A stretch of DNA of 64,000 bases, taken from contig CM119267.1 of the NCBI GenBank assembly GCA_051294375.1, positions 20,275,476 through 20,339,475 of the forward strand, given 5' to 3'. Numbering within the stretch: position 1 is the first letter of the stretch; each line of letters opens with the position of its first letter. A program made the translations under genes and the position numbers. The notes under the pieces are model-generated. The model searched no databases. It worked only from the letters and a program-made list of their open reading frames with translations, and had not been told where the DNA came from. This DNA is from Paraspadella gotoi (Eukaryota; Animalia; Chaetognatha). Shown here piece after piece: positions 41,155-61,299 of the stretch.

Positions 41155-42289
41155 CTCTATTCTCTCTATCTCTCTCTATAAAGAATTATCCGAGGAATCA
41201 CCTATTTGAGATGCTAAATCATATTAATTCTAATACTAATTCAGACAACATTTCACCTATCGAAACGCTGTTGGGATGGGATTATTTACAAAGGGAAATA
41301 CATGCATAAATTGTAAATTGGAAAGATTTCATGATGAATGCCTAAATTCGTAGACTTAAATGTAATAAATAGCTTTTATGCTATTGTTTTATTTTGTGCC
41401 TAAAGCCCCATTGAATAAATTCAAAAAAAAAATTCTATCCTCCCTTCTCTCTCTCCCATTCCCTCGTTAAAACCGGGGTCTCGCCTCGTCTCACACTCTC
41501 ACGGTCGTTTGAATTATCATTCTTCCTCCCAACGTTTTTATCACATTTTATTTCCTTTTATTTCGTTTCGTTTCGATTTCTTTTTAATACTTTTTTTTAT
41601 TCCGTTTCCCTTTTATTTTAGTTCCAATCATTTCCGGTCGTTGGCGCCGCGATTCCCATCGAATTCTCGAGCAGTTTTCGGGAGATTTGCGACAGCTCTT
41701 AATTCATCGTCAGCGTTGTCATCATCATCGTCGTCATCATCGTCGTCGTCATCATCATCGTCGTCATCATTAACGTCGTCGTCTTGGCATCGGAATTTTT
41801 TTATCAGCGTCGTATCTTGATTTTACCTGCGCCGTTTAGTTAATTCCATCTTTAAGTTTCGCGATGCAATATTTAATGATTATTAGAAATTAAGCAAGTT
41901 GTAGTTTTAATTTTTTTTATAAATTTTTTTAATCACATTTTAATCCAATCTCTTCTTGAGGAGACAAAAGACAAGACAAAAGAGCCATTTCGCAAATAAC
42001 TCAACTGATTACAATTTTTAGCAAAAGAACCTCTTCTTGAAGAAACGGAAGATTAACTAACAATTTTTTCTACAAAATGTCTCCTTTGGATTTCATCCAA
42101 TCACCAATCACCAATCACACTTCGCAATCACAGAAAACGTGACGAGAGTTTTCACGCCTTATTTTCCTTCGTTAGCATTTGGATTTTTAATCGAATACGA
42201 TATTCTGCCTTTTTTTTATGTTCGTTTGCGTTCGGCTTTTAATAAACTAAATCGACCTCATTTGAGCAGTTAAGCGAAGCGTTTCCTCA

Positions 42290-42334
<45 letters not shown>

Positions 42335-43720
42335 AGATTTCATATTTCATATCTCATTACAATACCATTTACTAAATTAGATTCTTCCTTTTTTTTTCGT
42401 TAAATCGCATATCTTTGCTTTTTCATATCTAATTCATTTTTTAATTATTTTTTAACTGTTTCTTGCCGGTCTGAAACTGAGCACGCGATGTATGTTTACC
42501 AGAAAAAAACTTGGCTTGAGACCATTTTACAATAGACATTCTTCAACATCCATCTTCCAATTTCAGCTTTTTCCTATTACTTTCTCTTCTCCAATCATAA
42601 TTCCTATTACATATATTGTTCAATTACATTGTTTATTACTGTATACATCTAATCCCTGATAGTGATACGATTAAAATTACATATAACCCCTCACTCAATG
42701 ATATTTAAAATACGAATCAATATTAAACCTTGGATTCAGATTCTTTTTAAAATTTTTTTTCCTCGTTTCCTTCTGCTGTTGTAAAAATTTAGTTACACCA
42801 ATTGATTTTGATTATTAAATATTCACGTAAGAAAATAATTCAAATCATCTGCCGAATGAAATTACCGCACTACCGCAATCACGCCATCTTAACTATAAAC
42901 GATCTCACTCACCGCCGGTCTCTCTTTTTCTGCTTTATCACAGTTGTGACAATGAATGAGGTTTAAGCTCTTCATTTCGGATTATTCTTTGTCAAGCTTT
43001 TCACTTTTCTTGCACCTGAAGCGCATCTAGGTTCTGTTTCACTTTTTTCCGCTTTATTTTGTCCTGTTCCATTCATGCCCTCTCTCACGGAATCTTCCTT
43101 GGGTTTGGGTTTTGTTTTCTTTTCCAGATGTTTCTCCATTATCAGTCCGAATGTCTTCACTCTATTTTTAATCTCGTTCCGCACTTCCCATCACCTACCC
43201 ACACAATTCAAATTACCCTTCCTCACCCACACTTACCCTCTCCGCTCTCTCTCCCTCGCACTTCGTCTTCCCCCTCCCAAGCTTCTCTCAGCCACGACCG
43301 GAAAGTAAAACAAAAAAACTAAGATTTCTTTGCTGCCAGGATTCTTCGTCTTCGGACGAGTTGGCGGCGAATTCTTTCAGAATAGGAATGTGGCGCGACG
43401 GTTTGGGGTTCGAGACCTGCTCCTTTGATAGCGAATCTTAATAAGGCATTTATAATTATTATAACGATACTTAATCGCTGTAGTCAATTAAGAGAAAACC
43501 CTTATTTAATTCAAAACAGAGAATGAATTGTCAAAGCAAAACGATTTTCGTTTTTCCTGATATTTTGACTTCGGTTTCTAAGTCATCGTCAGTAGCTAGA
43601 AACAAAGTAAAACTAATAATTAAATTAAATTAAATTAAATTAAATTAAATCATGAAAAAAAGAAAAATGGGAGGGAGAAGAAAAAGAATTTAGTATTCTC
43701 CAAAGATATGTTTGTATTAC

Positions 43721-45414
<1,694 letters not shown>

Positions 45415-45662
45415 TCTGCCCTCGACGTCTGCCGCGAATCCCTGAGGATTTTAAGAAGCCGAGAATCCAGTCAACGAAACCAAATATTTTCTCAATGCAA
45501 AAAAAAGAAAAAAAGAAAAGCCCAAAAATATAAAATAAACCGCGACCAACCAAAAAAAAAAAAAAGAAAGTTTGACGCGATGAGCAAGGAAATTATCGGG
45601 GTTTCGCTGGAAAAAATGGGACGGCGAAGAAATTAGGTCGCCTCTGGTCGCCGACGCCCGAG

Positions 45663-46520
45663 TTTGTTATCGAGCCAGGACAGGCTTCGGCCTGTCCGTG
45701 CTCTATATATGTTTTAGATTGCTTCTTTTGTGACGTAGTCGTCGTCGTCGTCGTCGTCGTCCGTCACGCTGTTTTTTACTATAAAAAGTACTACGCTTTT
45801 ATAGGTTTGGCTGTGACTTACCGTTTTTTTTAAAATAAAAAATTATTATAAATTATGATAGAGTTTTACAAAAGTGTGCAATCATAGTAAGCTTAAAAAA
45901 TTTAGATATGGCTTCTCAATTTAAAATAGCTTTGATATTTTCTCATTACATTTGGATTTAAGTATTTTTTGTTTGAATTTCCACTTCATTATGATATTAC
46001 TGCAATATGCAAATGAGATTATATACTCATTATATTATCCAAATTAGTACTATTAGAAAATGCTTTAATCTAATTTACATTAGTTGCAGTTATATAATAT
46101 TGAAGATGAAATTTCAAAAAATTTTTTTTTTAAATTTCTTAATAAAAATCGGGAACTCAAAGGATTTTTAATGAGAAGCTATATTCTTAATTTTAATACA
46201 AATAAAAATAAAATCTTTACAAGCTGCGATTGGGAAAAAATTTGGAAAAAAATTCCAATTGTAAACCATTGTCAACATTTTTGCCTTTCTTTATATATAA
46301 TTAAAAAACGAGTTCAGTCTCTCTCTGTCTCTCTTTGTGTGCGTCAGTCTCTCTTTGTACGATCTCTTGCGTGATCGTTCGTTTTTTGAAAAAATTCTTG
46401 ATTATTTTTTTCTTTCTAAAAAAACATATATATTTGATCAGGCGCTGCCTTTTCTGAATCGTTTAAAAAAACGAGTTCAGGGGCTCTCTCTCTCTCTCTC
46501 CCCTCCGTCTCCCTCCGTCT

Positions 46521-46563
<43 letters not shown>

Positions 46564-46794
46564 CTTTCATTTATTCCGCCATTTATCCCGCGCTTTTTTC
46601 TCAATACCTTGCCTTTTCTGATTCGTTTAAAAAACGATTTCAGGGTCTCTCTCAGTCTCTCTGTCTCTCTCAGTCTCTCTCGTACGATCTCATGCGTGAT
46701 CGTTCATTTTTTGAAAAAGTCTGATCTTTCTAAAAAATTTTTTTTTTAATCAGGCGCACCCTTTTCTGAATCGTATAAAACGAGTTCAGGCTCT

Positions 46795-46831
<37 letters not shown>

Positions 46832-47190
46832 TTCTCTTTCTCCTCTCTCTCTCTCTCTGTCTTCTCTCTCTCTTTACGGTCTCTTTGCGTGATCCGTTTG
46901 TTTTTTCATTATTTTTTTTCCTTCTAAAAAACCTTTATTATCGCCATTTATTCGGCGCTTTTTTCTCAATACAAAATCCCAAAATTTACATCCGAGATTT
47001 TTGTGAATACATTTTAAAAAAGTTAAAAATATGTTATAATGACATGTAACATGTGCATCAGTAATGAGACACGTAAGCGATACCTGCTATATATCCCGCA
47101 ATTGCGCGAATAATGTATCATGTATGTATCATGTAGCATGTATCAATGTCTCAGTCTGGTTTCTTCCTAAAAAAAGAACAATCTAAAATT
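45663..47190 (+). mobile_element. Non-autonomous Helentron-associated (HINE/DINE-1-like) element, putative
   Basis: T-rich start, GC-rich hairpin GAGC-ca-GGACAGGC-TTCG-GCCTGTCC-gt-GCTC (45672-45703), then (GTC)n flanked by GTGACG/CGTCAC. 45712-45729 TTTTAGATTGCTTCTTTT is inverted, with one gap, at 47172-47188 and less well at 48772-48788. Internal tandem repeats are present. The right boundary is uncertain. Confidence 0.5.
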
Positions 47191-48043
47191 TCATTGAAGA
47201 TAAAATTTTTAAAATGAGGAATAAAATTTTTTTGAATAAGTAAAAAAAATATTTGAAGTCAAAAAATATCATATTCGTTAACATTTTAACTTGAGATATT
47301 TGTGGCAACTTATGAGATTGATGTTCGTTCTATATAGAGCGATGAGATATGTATAAGTTTCATTTTGCACTAAATCTTATTATAATAATGAAAAATAGTT
47401 TAGCTTTATCGCTACAAGTTTTCATTTCATACAATCAATATCAATCTCATTCATTTTCAATAATATGCAAAATAGTTAAGGTTTTCAACCTCATTTTGAA
47501 CTAGATGAAACAAAGTTATCAGTCTTTATGCTTAATCACACACTAACAAAACAATTTTATTTCTATCAAGTTCATAATATTGTTTTGCACTCTCTCTCTG
47601 TCTCACTCTCTCTCTGCTCTCTCTCTCTGTGTTCTTTCCTCTCTGTGTGTCTCTGTCTCTCTCTCTCTTCTGTGTCTGTCTCTCTCTGTATGATCTCTTG
47701 CGTGATCGTTCGTTTTTTTGAAAAATTCTGATATTTTTTTTCCTTCGAAAACTTTTATTATCGCCATTTATTCCGCGCTTTTTTTCAATACAAAATCCCA
47801 AATTATATCTGAGATTTTCGTGGATTTTTTTGAAGAAAATGTGAAGAATAACTTACTTGACCTGGATTTCGTGGCCATTGCAGGCAATGAGTAAAACAAT
47901 GTCAAGGAACATGACCCAAAAACGCCGTTTTGATGGCAACGGAAACGTTACGTGTATAAAAAGGATCAACTTGACCGAGATCACGCCGCCGTTGCGAGGC
48001 AACTGATAACCGATATAATTGGAGCGAAATTCGGTTTTTCTTT

Positions 48044-48092
<49 letters not shown>

Positions 48093-49560
48093 GATTAATT
48101 TTTCCTCTAAAAACTTTTATTATCACCATTTATTCCGCGCTTTTTTCTTCTTTACCTGGATTTCGTGGCCGTTGCGACGCAACGAGTAAACAATGTCAAG
48201 GAACATGACCCTAATAACACGTTTCCGTTTCTCTCTCTCTCTCTCTCTCTCTCTCTTGCGTGATCGTTCTTTTTTTGAAAAACTATGATTATGTTTTTCC
48301 TTCTAAAAACTTTTATTATCGCCATTTATTCGGGGCTTTTTCTCAATACAAAATCCCAAATTTACATCCGAGATTTTCGTTGATACATTTAAAAAAAAGT
48401 GAAGAATAACTTATAATGACATGCATTGTCACAGGGAAAATGAGCTAATGTGACCTATTATATAATTGCATGCATCACGTTATAAAAAAAAATTGTTTTT
48501 ATTTATTATTGTAAATTTTTACCGGTTGGCCCACTATTGGCAAATTATATTCTAAAAATAGGAGTTGAGAAGAGAGATATAATCAAATTAAACATTACTT
48601 TTGTTTTTCTGATAATTTGTACTATTATTAAATTTATAAATATTTTTAGGTGTATATATTTAATCATTTTTATCTTTTTTTTAAATAATAATTATTTGAG
48701 TGTTGAAAACTATTTATAAATTAGTTAAATATGCAAATATAAAATTTGACCTCGGTCTGGTTTCTTCCTAAAAAAGAACTATCTAAAATTTAATTCAAGA
48801 TTAAAATTTTTTAAGATGAAGAAATAAAATTTTTTTTGATAAGTAAAAAAATATTTGGAAGTCAAAAAATATTATAGTGAAAATAGTTATAATAGTATAT
48901 AATAGTAAAAGTTATAATATAATATATAATAATATATAATATATAATAATATAATACATATAATATATATAATATATTAAATATAATAGTTATATTGAAA
49001 ATAGTTTAGCTTTATTGAAAAGTTTTCATTTCATACAATCAATAAACAATCTCATTCATTTTCAATAATATGCAAATAGATAAGGTTTTCCATCTCATTT
49101 TGAACTAGTCTTATTTCAATTTAAAAAAAATAGAAGTTAATTTATGTTTAATCACAAAACAATTTTATTTCTATCACGTTCTAAATATTTGTTTCGGTCT
49201 CTCTCTGTGTCTCTCTCTCGGTCTTCTCACTGTGTGTCTTTCTCTCTCTGTCTCTTCTGTCTCTTCTCTCTGTTGTGTGTCTGTCTCTCTTCTGTATAAT
49301 CTCTTGCGTGATCGTTCGTTTTTTGAAAAATTCTGATTTATTTTTTCCTTTTAAATACTTTGTTATCGCCTTTATTATTTTATCTCAATACAAAATCCCA
49401 AAATACAATAACTTACTTGACCTAGATTTCGTGGTAAACAATGTAAACAATGTCGAGGAATATGACCTAATGGCAACGGAAACGTTACGTGTATAAATAA
49501 AATCAACATGACCCAATTTCATGCCGCGTTGCCGAGGCAACGGAAAACCGAAATAAACGA
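46300..49560 (+). repeat. Nested compound repeat region
   Basis: Four ~160-bp units begin aaaacgagttcag (46303, 46464, 46628, 46776). The module gatctcttgcgtgatcgttcgttttttgaaaaa occurs six times. A ~850-bp direct repeat pairs 47151-48020 with 48752-49555. Confidence 0.9.
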
Positions 49561-49944
49561 GAAGTGACCTAATAATGCGTCTCGTTGGTGGGAAACTCTC
49601 TTTCTCTCTTCTTTTCTCAACTCTCTTCCTCTCTCTCTCTCTCTTTTCTCTTCTCTTCTCTTCTCTCTTTTTACAAAACAATTTTTTATTCAGTTTTTTT
49701 TGCTTTTTCTTTTGTGAATCAGCAGGGCGCGAACCCGAGTCCTTTAGATTGGGGGAGCTCGCGCTACCTGCGAGCAACCGGACGAGTTCAGCTTTCTCTC
49801 TCTTCTTTTAATTATAATGTCGCTCTCTCTCTCTCTCTTTTTCTCCGTCGCTGCTGCTCTTGATTTCTTATTTGTGACGTATTCTCGTCGTCGTCGCTCG
49901 TCGTCGTTATTGTTGTCATCGTCGGCATCACACTTTTTATCTTG

Positions 49945-50890
49945 CCAACCTGCATACTTTTTTCAACTTACATACTTTTTTTAACTTGCCATATTTTTTA
50001 AATTGTGTATATTTTTTCAACTTATATAATTTTTTTCTCTTGCATAATTTTTCAACTTGCATAATTTTTTAATTTGCATAATTTTTAAATTGTATAATTT
50101 TTTTCAGCTTGCATAATTTTTTCAACTTGCATAATTTTTTCAACTTGTATAATTTTTCATTTTGCATTAATTTTTTCAACTTGCTATTTTAAATTTTTTT
50201 TAATTTGCATAATTTTTAAATTTGCTATAATTTTTTCAACTTGCATTTAATTTAATTTGCATAATTTTTAAATTGTATAATTTTTTTTAACTTGCATTAA
50301 TTTTTTAATTGCATATTTTTTTAAATTGCATAATTTTTTAAATTGCATATTTTTCAACTTGCATCATTTTTTCAACTTGCATCATTTTTTCAACTTGCAT
50401 AATTTTTTCAACTTGCATAATTTTTTCACTATTGCATAATTTTTTTTAACTTACATAATTTTTCAATTTGCATAATTTTTTTTCAAACTTGCATTAATTT
50501 TTTAACTTGCATTATTTTTTAACTTGCATAATTTTTTTAACTTACATAATTTTTTCAACTTGCATTATTTTTTTAACTTGCATAATTTTTCAACTTGCAT
50601 AATTTTTTCAACTTGCATAATTTTTTCAACTTGCATTATTTTTCAAACTTGCATAATTTTTTCAACTTGCAATAATTTTTTTTCAACTTGCCATAATTTT
50701 TTTGCATAATTTTCAACTGTGTTATAAATTTTCAACTTGCATAATTTTTTAACTTGCATAATTTTTTTAACTTGCATAATTTTTTTTCAATTTGCATTAA
50801 TTTTTTAAACTTGCATAATTTTTTCAATTTGTATAATTTTTTAAACTTGCATAATTTTTTCAACTTGCATAATTTTTTCAACTTGCAAAT
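49945..50890 (+). repeat. AT-rich satellite, 18-20-bp unit AACTTGCATAATTTTTTC, roughly 50 copies
   Basis: Directly visible tandem array; T-run length varies between units. Confidence 0.97.
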
Positions 50891-51278
50891 TAGATTATAG
50901 TACTTTTTCATTAATTTCTTTGATAGTAAGGTCTGGCGAGATCACTATACTTTTAAGATTTTTTTTTTGTTTCTTTTTATAGAAAAAAAAATTTTTTTTT
51001 GAATATTTTTTTCCATTTTTAACGAAATTTGACGTCATAAATTAGTTGGGTTTTTTCCAAATTTTTTTTTTATGAAAAAAATGTGGTTTTGAAACTCCTG
51101 AAAAAAGAAGTCCATGAGCTGACTCGCTTTTCTTTGGCGTTTTAACTTTTAGTAAAAATATATATATTACATATCGTATGAAAAAAAAAATTTCTCATCA
51201 CAATTTCAATTTTTTAGGTTGGAAAAGACACTTAGTATTTACTCAGACTGCATCATAGAATTGAAAAGATAAGAAAGT

Positions 51279-51318
<40 letters not shown>

Positions 51319-51346
51319 GAGAAAAAAATCCCATTTTCCCGCGCAG

Positions 51347-53305
51347 TCGCGACTTGAGGGAAAATAAAAAGTGGCGCAACCTCGCGGGCAATCGATGCCT
51401 CGACAGAAGCGAGAAGGTCAACGGATAAAAGGGAAAGTCTGACCTCGTTTTTCGCGGAGCTCGGTACCGATAAAGGAGAGAGGGGAGAGATAAAAGGGGA
51501 TGGGGAAGGAGGAGGAGGAGGAGGAGGAAAGAAGGGAGGGAGAGATGAGGAAAGAAAGGAAAGACGATCGAGTATTTACGACTTGAAGAGAAGATAACAG
51601 ATGGAATGAAAGCGAGTAATCTCAATCAATACTGTCTATTATTTGATTCTATAAATCCTCATTACAGGTCGGGANNNNNNNNNNNNNNNNNNNNNNNNNT
51701 ATGGTCTCCAATTTTTGCTCTTCTTTTTTTCTGAATGCGAGTGTCAACGAACGGAATCATTGACTCAGATCCGGACGATGAGTCTAACTCCAAATAAGAC
51801 AAAGGTATTACATTGTCTTTCCTTTTATTAAAATCAATTTCCCAACTCTTTTCAATAAAAATGCCCCATCGCTCCCCGAAACGTGGCGTCGGATCGACAG
51901 GCCGTCGCCGTTGCACGTCTCCGAACAATTCCGGGACGTTCAACCTCCTTTAAGGAGGTGGTCGACTCTATCGTTTCCGTCACCCCGTCCTTCGTAGACC
52001 GCCATGACGGAAACTGTCACCGGAGACGCTTTTTGAGACGCGTGGAATCCGTCTTCAACCGGCCGTCAGTGAGGTCGAAGAACCGCCCGCGGTGTCGCGT
52101 CCGACGGATCCCGCTTCAAACGTCGCTCAATTCGCACGACTCAAAACGGTCGTTCGCCGGCGTCGAAAGTCGCCTTCGCGCCGTCTCGAACCCGACACAT
52201 CGACGGATCAGCGTTTCTTTGGGCGAAAAAGGCGACGGGTGAAATCGCGATCAAATCGGTTTTTCCGTCGACGCCGATCGAGCTTCGATTCGTCGACGGC
52301 AAATCTCAGCTCGATACGCTAGACTCGCGGCGCTGAGGCGTCGTGCGCGGCGAGCGAGTTTCGCCGGAAAAATCTATATCGATGGGACATCGACGACGAA
52401 TCGTGACGAAAACCCAGCGGAGGCGAGACAACGCAGGATGATCGAGGACCCCTCCCGGGGAGACTTTCGTAGTGATATCGCGAGAATTAGAAGGCAAATC
52501 GTCCACTGAGATCCCGTTCCATCGGAGTCCGACGAGGGGCTTTGAAGAAACGATTCCAAGTCTAGACCGCCGACGAAAGCTGTGGCATTGGCGAAATCGG
52601 CGATGCGGAAGGAAGAGCGACGCTGGCTTTGCGAAAAGACGCGACGATGACGAAGGAAACGTTTGCTACTACTCGATCAAGTTTTAGCGCGTCTGAAAAG
52701 GCGGGCCGAGGTTCAGACGAAAACCGGATCGGGAATGGGAAAGTGGACGAGCCATTGTGGGACAAAGGCCTCACGTTCATTGGGCAGTGGCGACGTCTTT
52801 CGGACGAAGCCTTGAAGGGGGGAAAAATAACGATTTTGATGAAACCCTCACGGATCACAAAAATGACGAGCACAGTCGCGACGAGTCGCAGCGGAAAAAT
52901 GAGGAAAAGGAGACAGATCGAAGTCAACAGCTCATCTATCTCGTTGAAAGTATGGAGAAGCGCCGCTCCGCCGATTCGGTTTTGAGGAGAGATTGGTGGA
53001 GGCGACGCCGCTCCAATCATTCGAGAAGCCGACGTCGACGGTGGAAGGCTTCGATGCCAGCCTCCGAGACTCGAGTCGAATCGAAAGTCCAAGAAGACGA
53101 GAAAGGGAAAGGCAAAAGTTAAAGTTGGCAGTCAACTATGTAGAACTAGGTCTTTATTTTTAATAACTAATAGTCGAATATTTTATGACAACTATTGTAC
53201 TTAATTTTCCTTTTAGAAATTCTGACCCTGGGCAAGAGAAAAATTGCAAAGGCCGAAACCCGATCCGACGAAAAGAAAGAAGTATCAGTTTGCGATAAGA
53301 AATAA
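51347..53305 (+). CDS. Candidate PH-domain docking adaptor (Gab/Dos/IRS-like), frameshifted and interrupted by a 25-N gap
   Basis: Exon from 51347: ENKK..AQPRG..LDRSEKVNG..KSDLVF (PH PxGxIxLxxxxxV-like). Exon 51668-51804: QFLLFFFSECECQRTESLTQIR (PH terminal-helix-like). A long disordered GC-rich exon contains VCYYSIKF. A phase-compatible intron 53150-53216 gives RQKLKLAVNYVEL|EILTLGKRKIAKAETRSDEKKEVSVCDKK*. A possible earlier exon at 49726-49785 reads PLDW..RYLRATG. Confidence 0.45.
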
Positions 53306-54402
53306 GATTCGACCGAGAAAAGATATAAATTTAGTCTTAGACTTAGTTCTGAATGCAAATTCTTTACGATTTTGTTAATATTAGACGCCCGTGTTAGCTG
53401 AACGAATAATGAATTATTAACTACGATCCAATTACAAATGGAAATCAATTTTTATATGATATGGCAAATTATTCATTGCCTAAAAGTGATTTTTTTTTAA
53501 TAACTTTCACGCCTTTTTTTGGTAGATTTCGTTTCTGAAAATTTTTCGGAAAATAGTGCTAATTTAAATTTTGCCTCATTTATTTTAAAACGGAATTACA
53601 ATTTATTTATGCTAATGCAAGTGAGTTTTTTTTTTGTCTCACATTATTTAGCATGGTATAAGAAAGTTAAATAGCTCGTTTTTTAAGTTGTTTCGAGGGC
53701 CATTTTCGACTTCGTTTGATCAATATAATGAATACTTCCGAAAAGTTTCAACACTGACACATGATTGAAATCTTAATCTTAATTCTTAATCTTTATCTTA
53801 CATCTTAATCTAACGCCGGAGAACTTGCTGCCGTCGTCTGTTCAATCAGCAATATCGTCATGCCGATAAATGGTTGCTCATGTCGATGGCGCGAAAAAGT
53901 AAAACAAATACATACACTGTCTTGTGTACTTGGTTGAATGGTGATTTTCACGAAAAAAAAACGAACTTTTTTCCTCCAAGATAGTTTTCAAGTAAATTTT
54001 ACGAGAAAGATATCGAACGAAAACCTTGAAAAGTCGAGGACGAATGATCTTGAGAGAACTGAAGGAACTCTTTCTGATTTATTTAAAACAACCGGACGGA
54101 AATTTATAAAAAACTTACTTTCTCGGTTAGATACAAAATAATCAAAATCAACATTTTAATTTAGTTTTTATGGAATTATTATTTAAAAAAAAATAGTGCA
54201 TAAATCGTTAATGTACACAACTGTAATTTAATTGAATATTTTATGTCTTGAGTTACGAACTGCGCCGTATCCTAAAAATTCCGGATTTTATAAATTTGAA
54301 AAACCGGTCCGCTCAGCTGGGATAAGTCGTTTCTTCTCTCGAATTTCAATAACAAAGTTTGAAATTAATCTTTACTATTATAAACAATTTTTTAATCATT
54401 TT

Positions 54403-54573
54403 GGCAAAATTTTAACTTTCGCCGACTAGGGTTTTGGCGTTTTTTGAAAATTTTTTTTAAAATATTCATTTTTTAAAAAAAAATTACTAAAAATTATTAC
54501 TTATCTTCTAAACCTTTTAACCTTAACCACCCTAACCTTGAACCCCCGGTTCGGCGAAAGTAAAAATAACCCC
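54403..54573 (+). mobile_element. Small inverted-repeat (MITE-like) element with an internal telomere-like tract
   Basis: ATTTTAACTTTCGCCGA (54409-54425) and TCGGCGAAAGTAAAAAT (54551-54567) form a 17-bp inverted repeat with one mismatch, enclosing taacc/cctaacc repeats. A homologue lies at 62410-62570. Confidence 0.6.
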
Positions 54574-54853
54574 AAAAATGTTTGGATATGTCGTCCCGGT
54601 CTCATGTAATCCCAGTTTCCCTAGCTGAAGTGCCGCAGGACAATAAATAGGCATTGGGGCATCCACTCACTCACTAACAAAGTTATAATTATTTTTTCGA
54701 GACGTCTGGTCCATATTAGATATATATCGCACAGTGGCATATATTCGTTATCTTTGTGTTCTTTGTTTATTATTTATTATAATCATGAAATCGAAATCCG
54801 TCATCTTTTATTAAAAGATATATCTTGAATAAATATTAATAATAAAAAACAAA

Positions 54854-60531
<5,678 letters not shown>

Positions 60532-60679
60532 CGCTCTTTCTCTCTTTTGTTTCTTTTTTTCGTTCGAACCAGGCAAACGTTCTTCTACATAGAGCAATTT
60601 CTAGCCTTTTGATTTTTTAAGTGAGAATTTGATTTTTGTTGATTTTTCAGTATTTTTTGTTTTGTTTTCTTCAGTTATG

Positions 60680-60710
60680 AATAAATATTTTTAATTTTGA
60701 ATAATAAAAT
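60680..60710 (+). terminator. Probable polyadenylation signal(s) of the ABCC gene
   Basis: AATAAA at 60680 and about 60703, some 150 nt after the coding end, in T-rich context. Confidence 0.4.
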
Positions 60711-61299
60711 TGAATTCGTTGTTTTAAATTCGCGTGATTTCCTTTGTCGGAATAGTATACTGAGGGCGAGCTATATAATTAGTCGTAAGACCAAAGGCAT
60801 AAAAAAAATGGCTCATTTATTTAATGGTGTGGATTCATGTACATATACAAAACATGTAAGGAGACTAAAACAGATCTATCACAAAATCTACAAGCACGAG
60901 AAATTTAAGACCCAGTTAGAATAAATAAAGATAGATAAATAAAGTAAAATAAATAAAGTAATACAGCAAAAAAGAAAGATTTCGAGATTGTTAATATATT
61001 AATATAATTATGCGAGTCATGACTGACGTCGATGACTCAAATTAGTGGCATTGATTGCAACATTTTACGAAGACTAAATTTTTTTTTTTTAATTTTTATA
61101 GTTATTACAATAAAATATCCTTTTAATACTAAAAGTTTTACCTTAAGTTGTTCTCGAAATATTTTTTTATTTAATTTATGTCTTTTTATACAAGGAATAT
61201 GAAATTAAATCATTGTTTATGTTTGTTATCCTTGGCTGATGGGATCAACGAGGTAAAGCAAATTAAAATTAAACCTCGCACAATAAACAGTAAACGCGT

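Noticed and set aside
42097-42117. (CCAATCA)3 as NF-Y promoter boxes
   Set aside because: Abutting 7-bp units look like slippage and no gene start was identified nearby.
45672-45703. UUCG hairpin as a bacterial intrinsic terminator or structured ncRNA
   Set aside because: No U-tract, eukaryotic context, and better explained as a transposon end.
50524-50709. ORF with (FSTCII)n repeats
   Set aside because: Translation of the AT-rich satellite.
52562-53092. 176-aa minus-strand ORF with a hydrophobic stretch
   Set aside because: Likely shadow; splice signals and motifs support the + strand.
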